NCBI RefSeq assembly: GCF_902713615.1
Contig: NC_052153.1
Span: 149,249,772 to 149,313,771, forward strand
Origin: Scyliorhinus canicula
Taxonomy: Eukaryota
Length of the DNA stretch: 64,000 bases
Direction: 5' to 3'
Below are positions 22,402 through 36,186 of this stretch, piece after piece. Below the pieces are notes generated by a model. It was not told the DNA's origin. It did not search any database and saw only the letters and a list, made by a program, of their open reading frames with translations. Within the stretch, counting starts at the first letter, position 1. Each line of letters starts with the position of its first letter. A program made the translations under genes and the position numbers.

Positions 22402-23276
22402 CCACATTATTTACAAATGTACAGACCTACACAGGAATGGCTCATTCAGCAAGTATTCCTTATCAGCAGCCCCTGAGGAGCTGCTTCTGAGGAATACTGA
22501 CTCTGGTGCCAGTTAGTAAGAACGTTAAGATTAGAGTGTCTGAGGGCAGCACGGTGGTGCAATGGGTTAGCCCTGCTGCCTCACAGCGCCTAGGTCCCAG
22601 GTTCGATCCTGGCTCTGGGTCACTGTCCGTGTGGAGTTTGCACATTCTTCCCGTGTTTGCTTGGGTTTCGCCCCCACAATCCAAAGATGTGCAGGCTAGG
22701 TGGATTGGCCATGCTAAATTGCCCCTTAATTGATAAAAATGAATTGGGCACTCTAAATTTAGAAAAAAGATTAGTGTCTCAGTTTGTGAGGCATCACGAA
22801 GCCCCAAGGACAGTTGATAAGGGGGTCTGGAAGACGGCATGAGTAAGTCTCTATCGGCCCATGAGGTGATCATGCAGCCCCATGCTGCCTAATAACGAAT
22901 TTCATTGGATTTAACAAGCCAATATATGTAATCAATAATCGTTATGACTGAATTGTGTCTAGGGGCTGAGTAACTGTTTGAAACTGTATAAATTTTGATG
23001 ATTTCTTTGTTCAATGGAGAAGCGCATGGTGGTGCCCAGCGACTGGTGTAAAAACAATAAACTGTTTGACGTTTGGAGCAGACCCGAGTATTGGATGATC
23101 CTTTTGGACTCATTCTCGTTAACAGTCTGGCATCATCTAGGTTCAAATGAGCCTATCGGCAGGCAATACAGAACATCAGGCTCTGATAACTGACTTGGCC
23201 ACATTATTTACAAATCTACAGACTTACACAGGAATGGTTCATTCAGCAAGTATTCCTTATCAGCAGCCCCTGAGGA
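22402..23276 (+). repeat. 78-bp direct repeat pair (22402-22479 and 23199-23276)
   Basis: CCACATTATTTACAAAT...CAGCCCCTGAGGA, 3 mismatches. Confidence 0.85.
22544..22768 (+). mobile_element. Short poly-A V-SINE
   Basis: Flanked by AAGATTAG(AG)TGTCT near-duplicates. Confidence 0.85.
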
Positions 23277-24008
23277 AAACAGTTTACCTGACGTTGAGAG
23301 TTGGTGGAGACTTAGAGCAGTTCAGACACTGATCTCCTGAATTGGTGTGATGTCCTGAATTGGTGTGGAGTTTCTGAACTTTCATTGAGTAAAGGCGCAA
23401 AGCAGCAGCCAGGTTTCTGGCATTGGGTCTGGTGGGCAGCTTGAGGCAAAAGTGAAGTCGCCGTCCTAACATAGGGGTGCGAGCCTGCAAAGCGATTAGG
23501 AGGCACTGGCCATGATCCGTCTAGGGGAGCAACAGTACAACCTCCAGGTCGGGGCTGACGAGGGTGAGCGGGCAACCAACCAGAATGAACAGAGGCTACC
23601 AGGCCAGATAGTTAGCAGCAGCAGCCAGGAGTGCGCACAGTCATCGAGGCTCAAGGCCTCGCCACCGGAGCGAGAGCCGAGAGGTGAGCAGAGCAGCAAT
23701 CAAGAGGTGTGAAGAAGGCCAGGCAAATGACGATGTTGTGTTTCGGGGAATCAAGGAGCAGCAGCAAGTGGGAGCGGGGTGACTCGACTAGAGCCAGTGG
23801 CCAGCCAGGCAGAGCTGAGAGGGCTGGGCAGCAACCAACATAATCTTGTTGTTTTACATGTTGAATTTTCTGCCTTTTTTGGTGTCAGTCAGCCTGTGTG
23901 AGGCTGCTCTTGTTTGGTTCCATTCTTACCCATTGTAATTAGAGCATTTCCAGCTGTGACTTTCTTCCAACCTCTGCACTATTTCCTCTGAAACTTCCAA
24001 AAGACTCT

Positions 24009-24659
24009 GGGCTGGATTCTTCCTAGCCTGACGACGAAATCGTGATTGGTGTTCGGGCGGAGAATGGATTCCCACGGCGGAATAGGAACCAGCACCGGTT
24101 TGACACCAGTCCGCCATGCTCTGTCCCCTCCAAATTGGCGTCATCATGACGTGTGCCGTTTCAACACCGTTACTGCATCATCGGTCGGCCCACCCATGAT
24201 GCACCGCCCCCGATGGGCCGAGTTCCCAACGGCGCGGGACATGTGTGGTCCTGGTTGTACGGGAACGCGGCATGCGGGCTGTGGACAGTGTCCTGCACCG
24301 CCACACTCGGTCGGGATCCATGCCGCTGGGGGGGGGGGGGAGAGAGAGGCTTCTGCTAGTGCTGGGGGCTGGTGGAGAGTGGCCAAGGGGTGGGCTGTAG
24401 GGTTGCAGTTGGCGGGTTGGGTGCGGGCATGGCCAGCGCCATGTTGTATGGCGCGACTGGGGCAGGTCTTCAGCCGTGCGCATGTGCGACCCGGCCATTC
24501 TCCGGCCGTTTTTGGCGCAGTCTGCGGAAGTTTCACTCGGCGCCGGTGCTAGCCCCTCACCGGAATCGGTGAGGGTTTTGTGCTGATTTTTCAGTCGTGA
24601 AAGTCTACATATGCTCTGCTGGCATCAACACTTAGTCTCCCAAGCGGAGAATCCAGCCC
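24009..24659. mobile_element. GC-rich MITE with terminal inverted repeats
   Basis: GGGCTGGATTCT (24009-24020) / AGAATCCAGCCC (24648-24659). Confidence 0.75.
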
Positions 24660-24799
24660 CTATCCTTGGTCCTGTCTTTTTATCATCTGCTCCTGAGCAA
24701 CATTGTCTGAAGACTTCATCTAGAGCTACCTCTGCCAAATCTGGAATTCACTTTCTAAATCACTTTCGTTTAAGAGCCTCCTTAAATCATACACTAGAA

Positions 24800-25810
24800 C
24801 AGAGCAGAAAATAAGAGCAGGATTGGTCATTTGTCTCCGTGAGACTCGTCCATGTTTCAGTCAGATCATGGTGGATCTGATTGTGGCCCTAACTCCCATT
24901 TCCTGCAGTCCCTCTATAACCTTTGACTCCTTTGTCAATCAATAATCTGTCTACCTCAGCTTTGAATATTCAATGACCTAGCCTGCAGTGCTCTCTGGGG
25001 TAGAGAATTCCAAAGATTAATGACCCTCTGAGAGAAAAACAAAAACTCTCATTCCCATTTTAAATGGCAGGCGTCTATTTTAATATGTGCCATTTAGCTC
25101 TAGATTCCTATAGGAATATGGGAAACATCCTCTCAGCATCGACTAGTAGGACAGTAGTTAGCACAGTTGCTTCACAGCTCCAGGTATGATTCTCGGCTTG
25201 GGTCACTGTGCGGAGTCTGCATGTTCTCCCCGTGTCTGCATTGGTTTCCTCAGGGTGCTCTGGTTTCCTCCCACAGTCCAAAGATGTGCGGGTTAGGTGG
25301 ATTGGTCATGCTAAATTGCCATTAGTGTCCAAAAAGGTTAAGTGGGGTTACTGGGTTACAGGGATTGGGTGGAGGCGTGGGCTTGAGTAGGGTTCTCTTT
25401 CCAAGGATCGATGGGCCGAATGGCCGCCTTCAGCACTGTAAATTCTATGACCCTGTCAAGTCCTTTCAGAATTTTATATGTTTCAATGACATCACTTCTG
25501 ATTCTTCCAAACTCCACTATGTAGGCACAACCTGCTTAACCTTTCCTTATAAGACAACCCCTTGATCCCAAGAATCCGCCTAGTCAACCTTTTCTAAACT
25601 GTTTCTAATACTCCATTTTAATATCCCACTCTTCTTGCAATATAGGCTAATATTCCGTTTGCTTTCTCAATTACTTGCTGTACCTGCATGTATCTAACTT
25701 TGTGATTCATGTATGAGGACACTCCGATTCCTCTGTATCACAGCATTTTGCAGGTTCTCTCCAATTAAATAATATTCTGTTTGTCTATTTTTCATGCCAA
25801 AGTAGCCGAC
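24800..25810 (-). mobile_element. CR1-clade LINE 3' fragment, interrupted by HE1 SINE (~25150-25450, +)
   Basis: Similar to 39135-39600 and reverse of 58440-59045. Confidence 0.7.
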
Positions 25811-25834
25811 TTCACATTTTTGCATGATATATTT

Positions 25835-26358
25835 GGCGATTCATGGGACGCCGGCCCGCCGATTCTCCGGTGACCAGAGAATTGGCGCCTGCGCAGTTGG
25901 CAAGAAAGCCCGAGTCCCGCCGGCGCCGTTCACATCTGGTCTTAACCTGGTGGGACCTCGGCGTCCATCCTGCGGGGAGCAGCCTGTTGGGGGAGAGTGA
26001 GTCCAACCCCGGGTGGGTGGGGGGCTCCACCGTGGCCTGGCCCGCGATGGGGGCCTTCTGATCGGCTTGCCGGCTTCTCCTGCTGAGGGCCTCTTTTTTT
26101 ACTCCGCGCCGGCCCCTGTAGCTCTCCGCCATGTTGCGTTGGGTCCGGCGCGGAGAAGGAAGCTGGTGAGCATGCATGAGTTTGCGCCGCCGAAGCACGC
26201 ATGCGCAGATCCGCGGGGCACATTTGATGCCGGCATTGGCAGCTGGAGCTGTGTGAGTCGCTCAGGATCGCTGCTCCTGGGGGCCTGTTGACGCCGTCGT
26301 AAAACACTGTTTACGATGGCGTCAACACTTAGCCTCAGAATCAGAGAATCCTGACCCC
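25835..26358. mobile_element. GC-rich MITE related to 24009-24659
   Basis: Shares GGCGTCAACACTTAG..CTC...GAGAATCC end and GATTCTCC/GAGAAT internal palindromes. Confidence 0.6.
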
Positions 26359-27005
26359 AATATTTACTGATTTTCTCTTTTATCCACTTGGTTTGTTATA
26401 TCTTTAAAGAACTCCAAAATATTTTCAAACGCTATTTCTCTTTAGTAAAACAATGCTAATGCTGCTTAATTGCATAATTATTATTTAAATGTCCTGCAAC
26501 TGCAAATCTTAATAATGGTTTCAAGCATTTTCCCCAATGGCAAATGTTACATAGCCTGGCTTATAGTTTTTGAATCCTAGCTTTTTAAGTAAATTTTTAG
26601 TCATCTCTCCTATTTCTTCCTTTGTGGTGGATCAATTTTATTTGGTTATGCTACTGTGAAGAACCTTCTACCATTTTCCCATGTTAAAGGTGCTATATAA
26701 ATGTCACCATACAGAGGATACGTCTATCTTTTCTTTTATGACACTGGCTAACAAATATGTGTCTCGGAACCCCCACTTAACTGCTAAATTGTCATAACAT
26801 CATGAATTGGGCCTGTTGTAAGATAATAATTGATTCATTTTCTTACTGAACTATTTTCATTGGAATTAGCCACCTGCATACATTGTCCCATAGCGGATAC
26901 AATGGAACTGTTCATAGTGCTTCTTACAGCTGATTTTGTACAAATCTCCATTCATTATCTGCTTCTCTAAACTTTACCAAGACGATGGACATTCAGGTTA
27001 GTACA

Positions 27006-27320
27006 CAGCACGGTGGCACAGTGGCTAGCACTGCTGCCTCACAGCACCAGGACCCCAGGTTCGATTCCGATCTCGGGTGACTGTCTGTGTGCAGTTTGCA
27101 CATTCTCCCCTTGCCTGCGTGGGTTTTCTCCGGGTTCTCCGGTTTCCTCCCACAGTCCAAAGATGTGCATGTTAGGTGGATTGGCCATGCTAAATTGCCC
27201 CTTAGTGTCCACAAGGTTTGTGGGGTTATGGGAATAGGTGGGCATACAGGGCCTAGGTAGGGTCGGTGCAGACTCAATGGGCTGAATGGCTTTTTTCTGC
27301 ACTGTCGGGATTCTATGATT
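27006..27320 (+). mobile_element. HE1/V-SINE, CR1-type tail
   Basis: Full head, V core, GGGATTCTATGATTC. Confidence 0.88.
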
Positions 27321-27639
27321 CCAAGTATTGTACTTTCTTTACTCCAAGCAAAGTATGACTAATCAATATATTTAAAAATTCGCTTATAGACTTTGAATAT
27401 ATTATTAATACAACTAATTCTTCAATTATGGCTTACTTAAGGCTCAATAGTTAGTTAACTGTTTCTGGCTGGTTCCTAATTATGCAGTAATTCTTGATTG
27501 ATACATTTTGAGTAATTGTGAAGTACAGAATATAAAATGGCTTGTTCAGCCCAACGCAAATCTCTAAATGGATTTTTGTTAGCTTCAGTGATCAAAATAT
27601 TGGTGTTACTTTTTATGAAGTTACGGGATGTTACGGGAC

Positions 27640-28435
27640 ATACGATAAATATACGATGTAAATACATAGACATAGAAATACATAGACATTGGGTGAAGCA
27701 TACGGAGTGTAGTGCTACAACACTAGAGAAGATGCATAGAAAGATCAGTTCAGTCCATAAGAGGCCATTCAGGAATCTGGTAACAATTGGGAAAGAAGCT
27801 GTTTTTGAAGCTATTGGTGCGTGTTCTCAAACATTTGTATCTTCTGTCCGATGGAAGAGAGAATAACCAGGTGGGAGGGGTCTTTGATTATGCTGCTTGC
27901 TTTCCCAAGGAAGTGGGAGGTGTAGACAGAACAACTGGATGGGAGGCGGGTTTGCGTGATGGACTGGGCTGTGTTCATGATTCTGTAATTTCTTACGGCC
28001 TTGGTAGAGCAGTTGACATAGCAAGCTATGATGCAGCCAGATGGGATACTTTCTATGGTGCATCTATAAAAATTGTTGGCAGTCATTACAGACATGCCGA
28101 ATTTCCTTAATTTCCTGAGGAAGTATAGGCGCTGTTGTGCTTTTTTGGTCATAACATCGTTGTGAGTGGACCAGGACAAATTGTTGATGATATTTACACC
28201 TAGGAATTTGAAGCTGTCAACCATCTCCACCATGGCACCATTGATGCAGACAGGGGCGTGTACAACACTTTGCTTCCTGAAGTCAGTGACCAACTTCTTA
28301 GTTTTGCTGACGCGAGGGAGAGATTGTTATCATTGCCCCATGCCACTAAGTTGTCTATCCCCCTCCTGTACTCTGACTCATCGTTGTTTGAGATCTGACC
28401 CAATATGGTCGTGTCATCAGCAAATTTGTAGATAA
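27640..28435 (-). mobile_element. Rex1/Babar-clade LINE RT C-terminal fragment
   Basis: KFADDTTILGQISNNDESEYR, FKFLGVNI..NLSW, KKAQQRLYFLRKLRKF, FYRCTIES. Confidence 0.88.
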
Positions 28436-28440
28436 TGGAG

Positions 28441-28797
28441 TGCAGACAGGCAGTGATTGACACACAGGGTGACCAGTAAGCACACAGAACAGAGCAGCCA
28501 ATCACCAGACAGGACACTACCACTATAAAGCCAGAGGGCACCAGTTTTCCTGCTATCTCGGGACCCAGCCTCTGAGACAGTCGGAGCTCGTGAGCTAGCC
28601 AGTGCCAACGCCATGTGGTAGCTAGTAAGTCTGGTTAGGCTAGTATCAGGTCTCCAGCCAAGTCAGCATAGTGTCAACCCACAGTTGAACATGTACAATA
28701 ATTTAGACGTTAACTAAAACCGTGTTGTATCTTATCAAGTGTTGGAGGTCTGTGCATCAAGTGCAGTCCACATCGAACCAGTCTGCCCAACACATCA
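28441..28797 (+). mobile_element. Solo LTR inserted in Rex1 fragment
   Basis: TG...CA termini, 4-bp TSD GGAG (28437-28440, 28798-28801), CCAAT and TATAAA inside. Confidence 0.75.
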
Positions 28798-31248
28798 GGA
28801 GGTGGAACTGGATTTTGCCACTCATTCAGCAAAGATCTTTTCGAAGGCTTCAAGAGATCAGTATTGACGTTTCTTAGTCTGGAGGTGCTATTTTGTCCTT
28901 TTGGGACAGCTGGTCATTGGAATCCACAGACCAAGTCAGGTGATTCTTGACAACTATCTTTTGCAGAATTTTAATATCCATTTTTAAAACTTTGGTTTCA
29001 GAAGATCCCAAACTGATTTCAGCTCATGTTTCAAGAGTTATGGACAGGACATGCCTTTCCTGGATATTTGTTATACGTCACAGTCATGGCAGGGGTTTTT
29101 ACAGTGAAGTATAATTGCTTACAGCATTCTCTGAGCTAATCATCTGAAATATATTTCAGAAACATTGATATAAACAGACTTGTTAACTGCACTGAAATGA
29201 AGCGACAATGTGTGAACATAAAACATCAACTACTTTGAAGGCTTTAGTACTAAATAACTATCTTTCAAAATCATAAGCTTTCATGCAAGGTAACTCTGTT
29301 CATAGGTCCTGTAGAAAACCATAAGGTGAGAAAATATTTGTGTGCCTGCAGTGAATCTCTTTAAAAAAAAACATGGACACTTGAAATACAGAGCAGACCC
29401 ATTCTGTTGGGAAGTCTTTGCAATGCTGTTGAATTATAAGATTTATAACCAACCATAATCACAGCAAACTGAATTGTCAGATGCCACTGCTATATTTATT
29501 TGTAATGTGCATTAGTATAAAATATGTTTTCTAATCTTTAAAACAAAATGGACCTGATTTTATTGGGCAGTGGCAAAGGAATGGCACTTGCTGTTCACTA
29601 CATTGACAGATGTCAACAGAGTTTTCCAGGCATTAGAGCAGAAACCTCCCAAGTCACTCACCACCCTGACTTGGAAATATATCACCGTTCCTTCACTTGC
29701 TGGGGCAATATCCTGGAATTCCCTTCCTAACAGCACTCTGGGTGTACCTATACCTCAGGGACTTCAGTGGTTTAAGAAGGCAACTCACCACCACCGTCTG
29801 AAAGGCAACTAGGGATGGGCAATAAATGCTGGCCTGGCCATAACGCCCACATCCCGTAAATGAATAAAATCTGGCATATGTGAACTGAGCAAGAAACAGG
29901 AAGGCTCTTCAGCCAATCAGATTGAAGGGTCCTTATTGAGACACAAAGGGAGTTTCTGGCCTCTCCGCGGCATGTTTCTCGGTTGCGGAAGGCAGCCCAC
30001 TTAGCAAGCAGCCACTGTCAATGGGATCTCCCATTGAATCCACCCCACGACTGGGAAACCCATGTCGGGGATGCACCATCAGCGGGATAGGAAGATCTTG
30101 GCCAAAGTCTAAACCTAGAAATACTTACTTAAAAAAAGTATGTTTATTAACGTTTTACGTAATAACAGACATATCCAAGAATGCAAAAATTACAACAAAG
30201 AGAAAAAGAAAAACATTGACTAGCACACTATACCTAAAACCCTAACAGCTGACGGTGTCTAGTCCTTAAAGGATATCATTGGTTGCCATCTCAGGAAAAA
30301 TCTCTCCACTGAATCCCTATGGTGAATTTAAAAAAAAATTTTTTTAATTGGTATTTTCCAATTTTAACAGTATAACAGTTTAATATATAAAGCACATAAT
30401 ATTTAAAAGTTATGATTTTCTTAATCCACAAATTTTAAACACACCTTCTGTGCCGCCCCCCCCCCCTTTGACCCTGGGTGTCGTATCACCATTGGCTTCG
30501 AACAGGCTGGTGAATAGCCCCCACGCTGTGTGGAAGCCCTCGTCTGTGCCCAAGAATAGCAGTCTTCAGGGTTTCAGGCCAGCCAGAACTACACATGGGG
30601 AAGTGGGTCGTTGCCCTGACTTTTGCTTCCTTAATCGCGATCAGCAGCACCACCCACAGCTGCAGACTGGCTGGCAGACCTGTTGGAATTTCTCCACCGG
30701 GAGAAGATCAAGTACACAATCCCAGGGTCTGACGAGGGCTTCTCTATGGTAAATTTAATTTTCTCTAAGTGTAAGAAGGACATTAAGTCCACCATCCAGC
30801 CGGAGGCACTGGGTGGAACGGGAAACCTCCAACCAAGCAATATTCGCCTCCGGGCTTTCAGTGTGGCAAAGGCGACAACGTCTGCCTCTACCCCAGTGTG
30901 GAACGCTGGTGAATCCGCAACCCCAAATATGGCTACCAACGGACATGGGAGTAATTCCAAACCGAGTATCTCTGATATGATGCTAAACAAGAAAGGTCAG
31001 AAGATTGCGAGTTTGAGGCAGGACCAAAACCTATGCCTGTGGTAAACTGGCGCATGCGAACAGCGTTCACATCTGTCCTCCACGTTTGGGGAAAAACCCA
31101 CTCGTCCTCGCCTTGGTCAAGTGCGTCCTGTGCAGCACCTTAAACTGAATTAGTCTTAACTGGGCACAAGAGGATGTTGTATTGATCTTGTAAGGGGTTT
31201 CCCTCCAAACCTTGTCAGTAAGTATGGGACCCAACCCGCTCCTATTAT

Positions 31249-31475
31249 TTAAAAATAAATAAATTTAGAATTCCCAATTATTTTTCCAATTGAGGGGCAA
31301 TTTAGCATGGCCAATCCGCCTACCCTGCACATCTTTTGGGTTGTGGGGGTGAAACCCACGCAAACACTGGGAGAATCTGCAAACTCCACACGGACAGTGA
31401 CCCAGGGCCGGGATTCAAACCCGGGTCCTCGGCGCCGTAGGCAGCAATGCTAACCACTGTGCCACCGTGCTGCCC
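31249..31475 (-). mobile_element. Short poly-A V-SINE
   Basis: 14-bp TSD CCCGCTCCTATTAT at 31235-31248 and 31478-31491. Confidence 0.9.
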
Positions 31476-31621
31476 TTCCCGCTCCTATTATGAACTCACC
31501 CTGGCTAGTGGGGAGGGAACAGATGTGGGATTTGGCTATGTAGTCCAAGATAGACCCCTTACCAAGCTGAGCCAAGGATAAAATATTCTTCAGTAAAGAG
31601 GAAGGTGGAGCCAGAAGAAAA

Positions 31622-32280
31622 GGGGGGTGATTCTCCGCGGCGCGTATCAAGTGCCCGCGCCTTCGCATTTCACGCCTGCGCGAACAGGGCCCGGACACGA
31701 CCTATTCTTGCCCCACAGGGGGCCAGCAGGGCGCTGGAGCGGTTAAGCCGCTCCAGCGTCCTTGCGCGTCAACCCACGCATGCGCAGTTGCGGCAGCCCA
31801 ATCCTGCGCATGTGCAGTTGGGCCACGCCATCCTGCGCATGTGCGGCGAACGTCTTGCGTGCGCCAGGCCCTCACCAACATGGCGCCGGTGCTCTGGGGC
31901 TGTCCGCGGAATGTGAGGCCAGCCCGCCGATTGGTGGACCCCGATTGCGGGTCAGACCTGATCGGAGGTCCCCCCCGTCGTGTTGTAGTGGCTGCTCGGC
32001 CCATTTGGGCCGGAGAATCGCTGCCCACCATTTGTGGCGATTCTCCGAGCGGCCTGGCGTGAATTACACGACGCTGGTTTCGGGGACTGGGAGAATCGGG
32101 TGTCGGGGCGGCGTGGCACGATTTGCGCAGCGCCCTGGCGATTGTGTGTGTGTGTGTGTCCCGCGCCCAGGACGTGAAGGCCCGGCAGGTGACCTCGCAA
32201 CCATAGGCACGCGAACAAAGGCACGATGCGGGAGCTGCAACGTGTCCGCCGACTCTCTACAACTGGCAGACCCCCCCCCT
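31622..32280. mobile_element. GC/CpG-rich MITE(s)
   Basis: GGGGGTGATTCTCCG ... CGGAGAATCGCTGCCC inverted ends; repeated GCGCATGCGC. Confidence 0.65.
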
Positions 32281-35200
32281 CCACGAACAGGTCACCAAAA
32301 TGCTCAATTCCCTTCGCTTTCCACTATTTAAATGTTGAGTCCAATCCAGAGGGTAAGAAAGGGTGATTATTACAGATAGAGGACAGTGAAGACCGGGAAA
32401 GGGGTTAAAAACGTTGTCGTAATTGTTTCCAGATCCTTACAGAGGAGACCACTACTGGGTTTGAGGAAAATCTCGGGGGAAAAAAGGGCAAAGGTGTAGT
32501 AATCATAGCATGGAGAGTGGATGTAGTGCAAGAGCAAATCTCCATTTGTCCCTAAATGGAGTCGGGATCACTGATTCACAACAATGTTTTCAATATTAGC
32601 AGGCCAGTAATAAAACCATGTTTGGGAGGGCCAAGCCCCCTGTCTAAGTCTATCTTTCTGGTGTAGAATGCTGTGGATTCTGGGATTCTTACCCACCCAA
32701 ATAAAAGCAGATATCAATGTATTAACTCTTAAGAAAAAAAGATTTGGGCAGAAAAATGGGGAGACATTGAAAGAAAAACAAAAACCGAGGCAGTACGCTC
32801 ATTATTATTGTTTGAGACTAATTTGTTCTACCTCTGTAGGTCTGGAGTACACAATTATTATTATTTTTTTCCAACACCTACCCTGCACATCTTTGAGTTG
32901 TGGGGGTGAAACCCACGCAGACACTGGGAGAATGTGCAAACTCCACACGGATAGTGACCCAGGGCTGGAATTCGAACCTGGGTCCTCAGCGCCGTTGGCA
33001 GCAATGGTAACAACTGTGCCACAAGCCACCCTTCTAGGTCCATTTTAAAGTTATTGATCAGACCCGAGTAATTCAATGAACCCTGGATAGGGAGTCATTA
33101 AACATATCTAATAATAAAGGAGCAAGCTGTTCTGAGAACTACTTGTAAAATTCGATCAGAAAGCCATATGGGCCAGGGCCGGGAACATCCTGCATCAGCC
33201 CAATATACTTTTAAATCTTGTCTGGGCATAACAGGGAGTCCTACTTGCAGCTGTATCCGCTTGGACAGCTGGGATGGGCAGACTGTCCAGAAAATCAGAC
33301 ATGACTGATCCGCCCGAGGCAGATTCTGATTTATACAGGTCGCATTCATAGGATTTAAAAGCAGCATTGACCTGCGTAGCGGAAATTAGTTTGCTGCCTG
33401 GGTTACGTATTTGGGGAATCTCAAGGGAGGCCACTTTATGTCTGAATTGATGAGCCAGAAGATGACTGGCTTTCTCCCTCTACTCGTAAAAAGCACCCTT
33501 TGGAGCGCTGTAACTGATGTACAGCCTTGTTAGTGGACAGTAGCTCAAATTGTGCCTGCAATTCTTTTTTTGCTCACAAATAGCTCTGGAGTAGGATCAA
33601 GCGAGTATTGATGATCTACTTCTAAAATGGAGTCCACCAGCATCTACTGTTCCAACTTTTTCGTCCTCCGCATTTATGCTCTATAAGAAATTATTTTTCC
33701 CCCTAGGGGCGTCCTTAAGAGCCTCTCTCAGGGTGTAGGGGGAGATTGACTCAGACCTATTTAATTTGATGTAGTCATCAATAGAGGTGGACAGGCGCTT
33801 GCAAAATATTTTATCGGCCAGCAAAGTAGTATCCAGTCTCCAGGGTGGGGCCAGACTCCAGCAATACATCAACAAAGTGTGGGGTGTGTTCAGAAATTAC
33901 AATCTCCCTATCATTGAAACTGAAATGAAACACTTGCCCAATCCAACCCTAAAGTAGCCTGGTCTGATCCTTGATGTAAATGGGTGTCCTACAAAAAGAT
34001 AATAGCTGACTTTAGGTTCTTGAGATGAGCAAAAGCTTTCAACCATTTTACAGGGCTGTTAAAACCCCTAACTTTCCAGGTAACTAGACCGGTTAGAGGT
34101 CTCCCACCACCCCTCAAACCAAATTCCGCCATTCCCAAAGAGGTATTAAACAAGGGACACAATTCAGATAAAACAAAAGGGTCCACCCAAGATGGCCACC
34201 GAGCCAAGTCAGATGACTCGACAAAGAGAGATCAGCAGACACTGTCAACAAACTAACAAGAAAACCCACCCTACCCCTGCCCCTTCGCAAAAACACCATC
34301 GCAGTTGAGTATCACCACACCAAAAATAAATGTAACAATGGCAAACTAGAACTTACCCCAAACCTACAATTACATAAACCAAACTAAACACAAACTCTAA
34401 GCTCATTTAAAAAACTATCATTATGAACAGCGGCAAACCCTCTATCACCACTCCTGTTAGCCTGAACTCCTTGTTAGCAGGGAGACTCCCAACTGGAAAA
34501 AAAACCATGTTTGATTTACAATGCCACATTAGCGATTAAAAGGCACGCCAAATGACAATAATGAAAAAAAAAAGGGTACAATCAAGTAATGTACAAAACA
34601 AACAGCAGAATTCTCTCAAATATAACTAAAGGCATCAAGAGTATACCCAAACAACGAATACGAAAAGATACAAAATACAAAGTGCCTGTGCACAGAGCCA
34701 TATAACAGATTAAACTCAACTTGCGCTTTTGGACAAAGGAGTCCGCATCTCCCGGTGAATCAAAAAACTGGTCTTTTTTCGGAACATTACATAAACTATT
34801 CTGAACCTGACTCCACTCTTGTATAGGATAGATTCACTATATTAAAAGCAACCCTCTTTTAGCTAGGTCCGCACCTGGCACAGCCTAATAGTGGCTGGTC
34901 AAGTGTAGTATCTGCTCTGTCTTTTGGCTCAGATCTGGTATGTCTCTCTTGTGGGGACTGTGAATTGGATTTAATTTGAATTTGAATTGGTTTTTGGAGC
35001 AGGCAAGGAGCTGGAGTAGGGGTTTGCCCCTGTCCACACTCTGAGCCCTGGCTTTGTAACTCAGGAACAAGTAATAGAGTGGCATTCCCACTTGAGATCC
35101 CGATGCTCTCTTGCCCATCTAAAAACCAGCTCCTTTTCTTTAAAACTATGAAATCTTGCGATCACCGTATGAGGAGGATCAGCAGAGTGAGGCTTGGGTC

Positions 35201-36186
35201 AAAGTGATGGGGAGGGGGGGGGCTTCAGGGTCAGTCGACGAGCTTCAGGCCAATTAAGTTTTGGCTTTGCCTCCCTTCGGCATCTTAGATAAGAGAGCTC
35301 AACACAACCAAGTTTCAAGATTTTCCCAAGAAGTTAAAGACCTGTGTTGCTGGGACAGAGGGTAAAAATATCAGGTTTTCAGGCAGGAGCCACCTTGTGC
35401 GCACCTTCTCTTCAAATAGTTCCACAGAAGTCCCTAAACCTAAAAATTCAAATCAGGAAATAAAAATTAGATTTAAATGATATTTAAATTATTGAAAGCA
35501 AAATAGTAATTGCAAAATACAGCTGGTAATAAGAGAAAGAGGTTTTAAAAAAGTAGAAAAAATTAATTATATTCTCCAGTACAAATTAACTTATGAAGGA
35601 ATGAAACGTTTTTAATTTTTCGGGGCTGGGGGATTGTCTAGTAGTAATGATCAATCGTTACAATTTAAAAATTCAAACTCATGATTGCACCATTGCTAAC
35701 TTTTTCTGACATCTTTAACTAGAAACAAGTAGGAAACTACTTTACTTCATGCCTTGTGTTGACATTGTGAATACTGTTTGAGCACACCCCGTGGAGGAGT
35801 TGGGTATCTCCTCAAGTTCTGGATTTCCACATTTAGCTGCCAGAGGTTGCAGTTCGATTTATGCAGGTATAATGTTGGTGAGTCTTGCTAGCCTCACCAT
35901 TGCAATGCAATCTTGGCAAAATTTGGACCATTGCAATCTGTGCAACATTTGGACCAATGTGTGCTGTGTAATTGAAACACCACACCAATTAACCTGTGGA
36001 TCCAGTTGTTTATATATTAGCTGACCTAATGAAGTTTGTATTTAAATATAGTATCGTAACAGGGCACATTTGATGTGTTTTGTTTATTCTTTTCTCTGTA
36101 CATCGCGATTGATGTATTGCACATCAATGTCTTTTTTAACTCTTTCCTGTTAATAATCCAATTTTTTTTCTTTTGGGCCATTGTAG

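Larger units (their letters stand above)
30120..35433 (-). mobile_element. Old, internally deleted full-span L1, interrupted by SINEs (31249-31475, 32860-33032) and a MITE
   Basis: 5' GGGACTTCTGTGG; endonuclease remnant LVTWKVRGFNSPVK..HLKNLKSAIIFL (33989-34207); ORF2 C-terminus ARRRILLGW (30631-30990). Confidence 0.72.

Noticed and set aside
24046-32331. GC-rich ORFs of 100-190 aa
   Set aside because: Lie in palindromic MITEs; open only because of high GC
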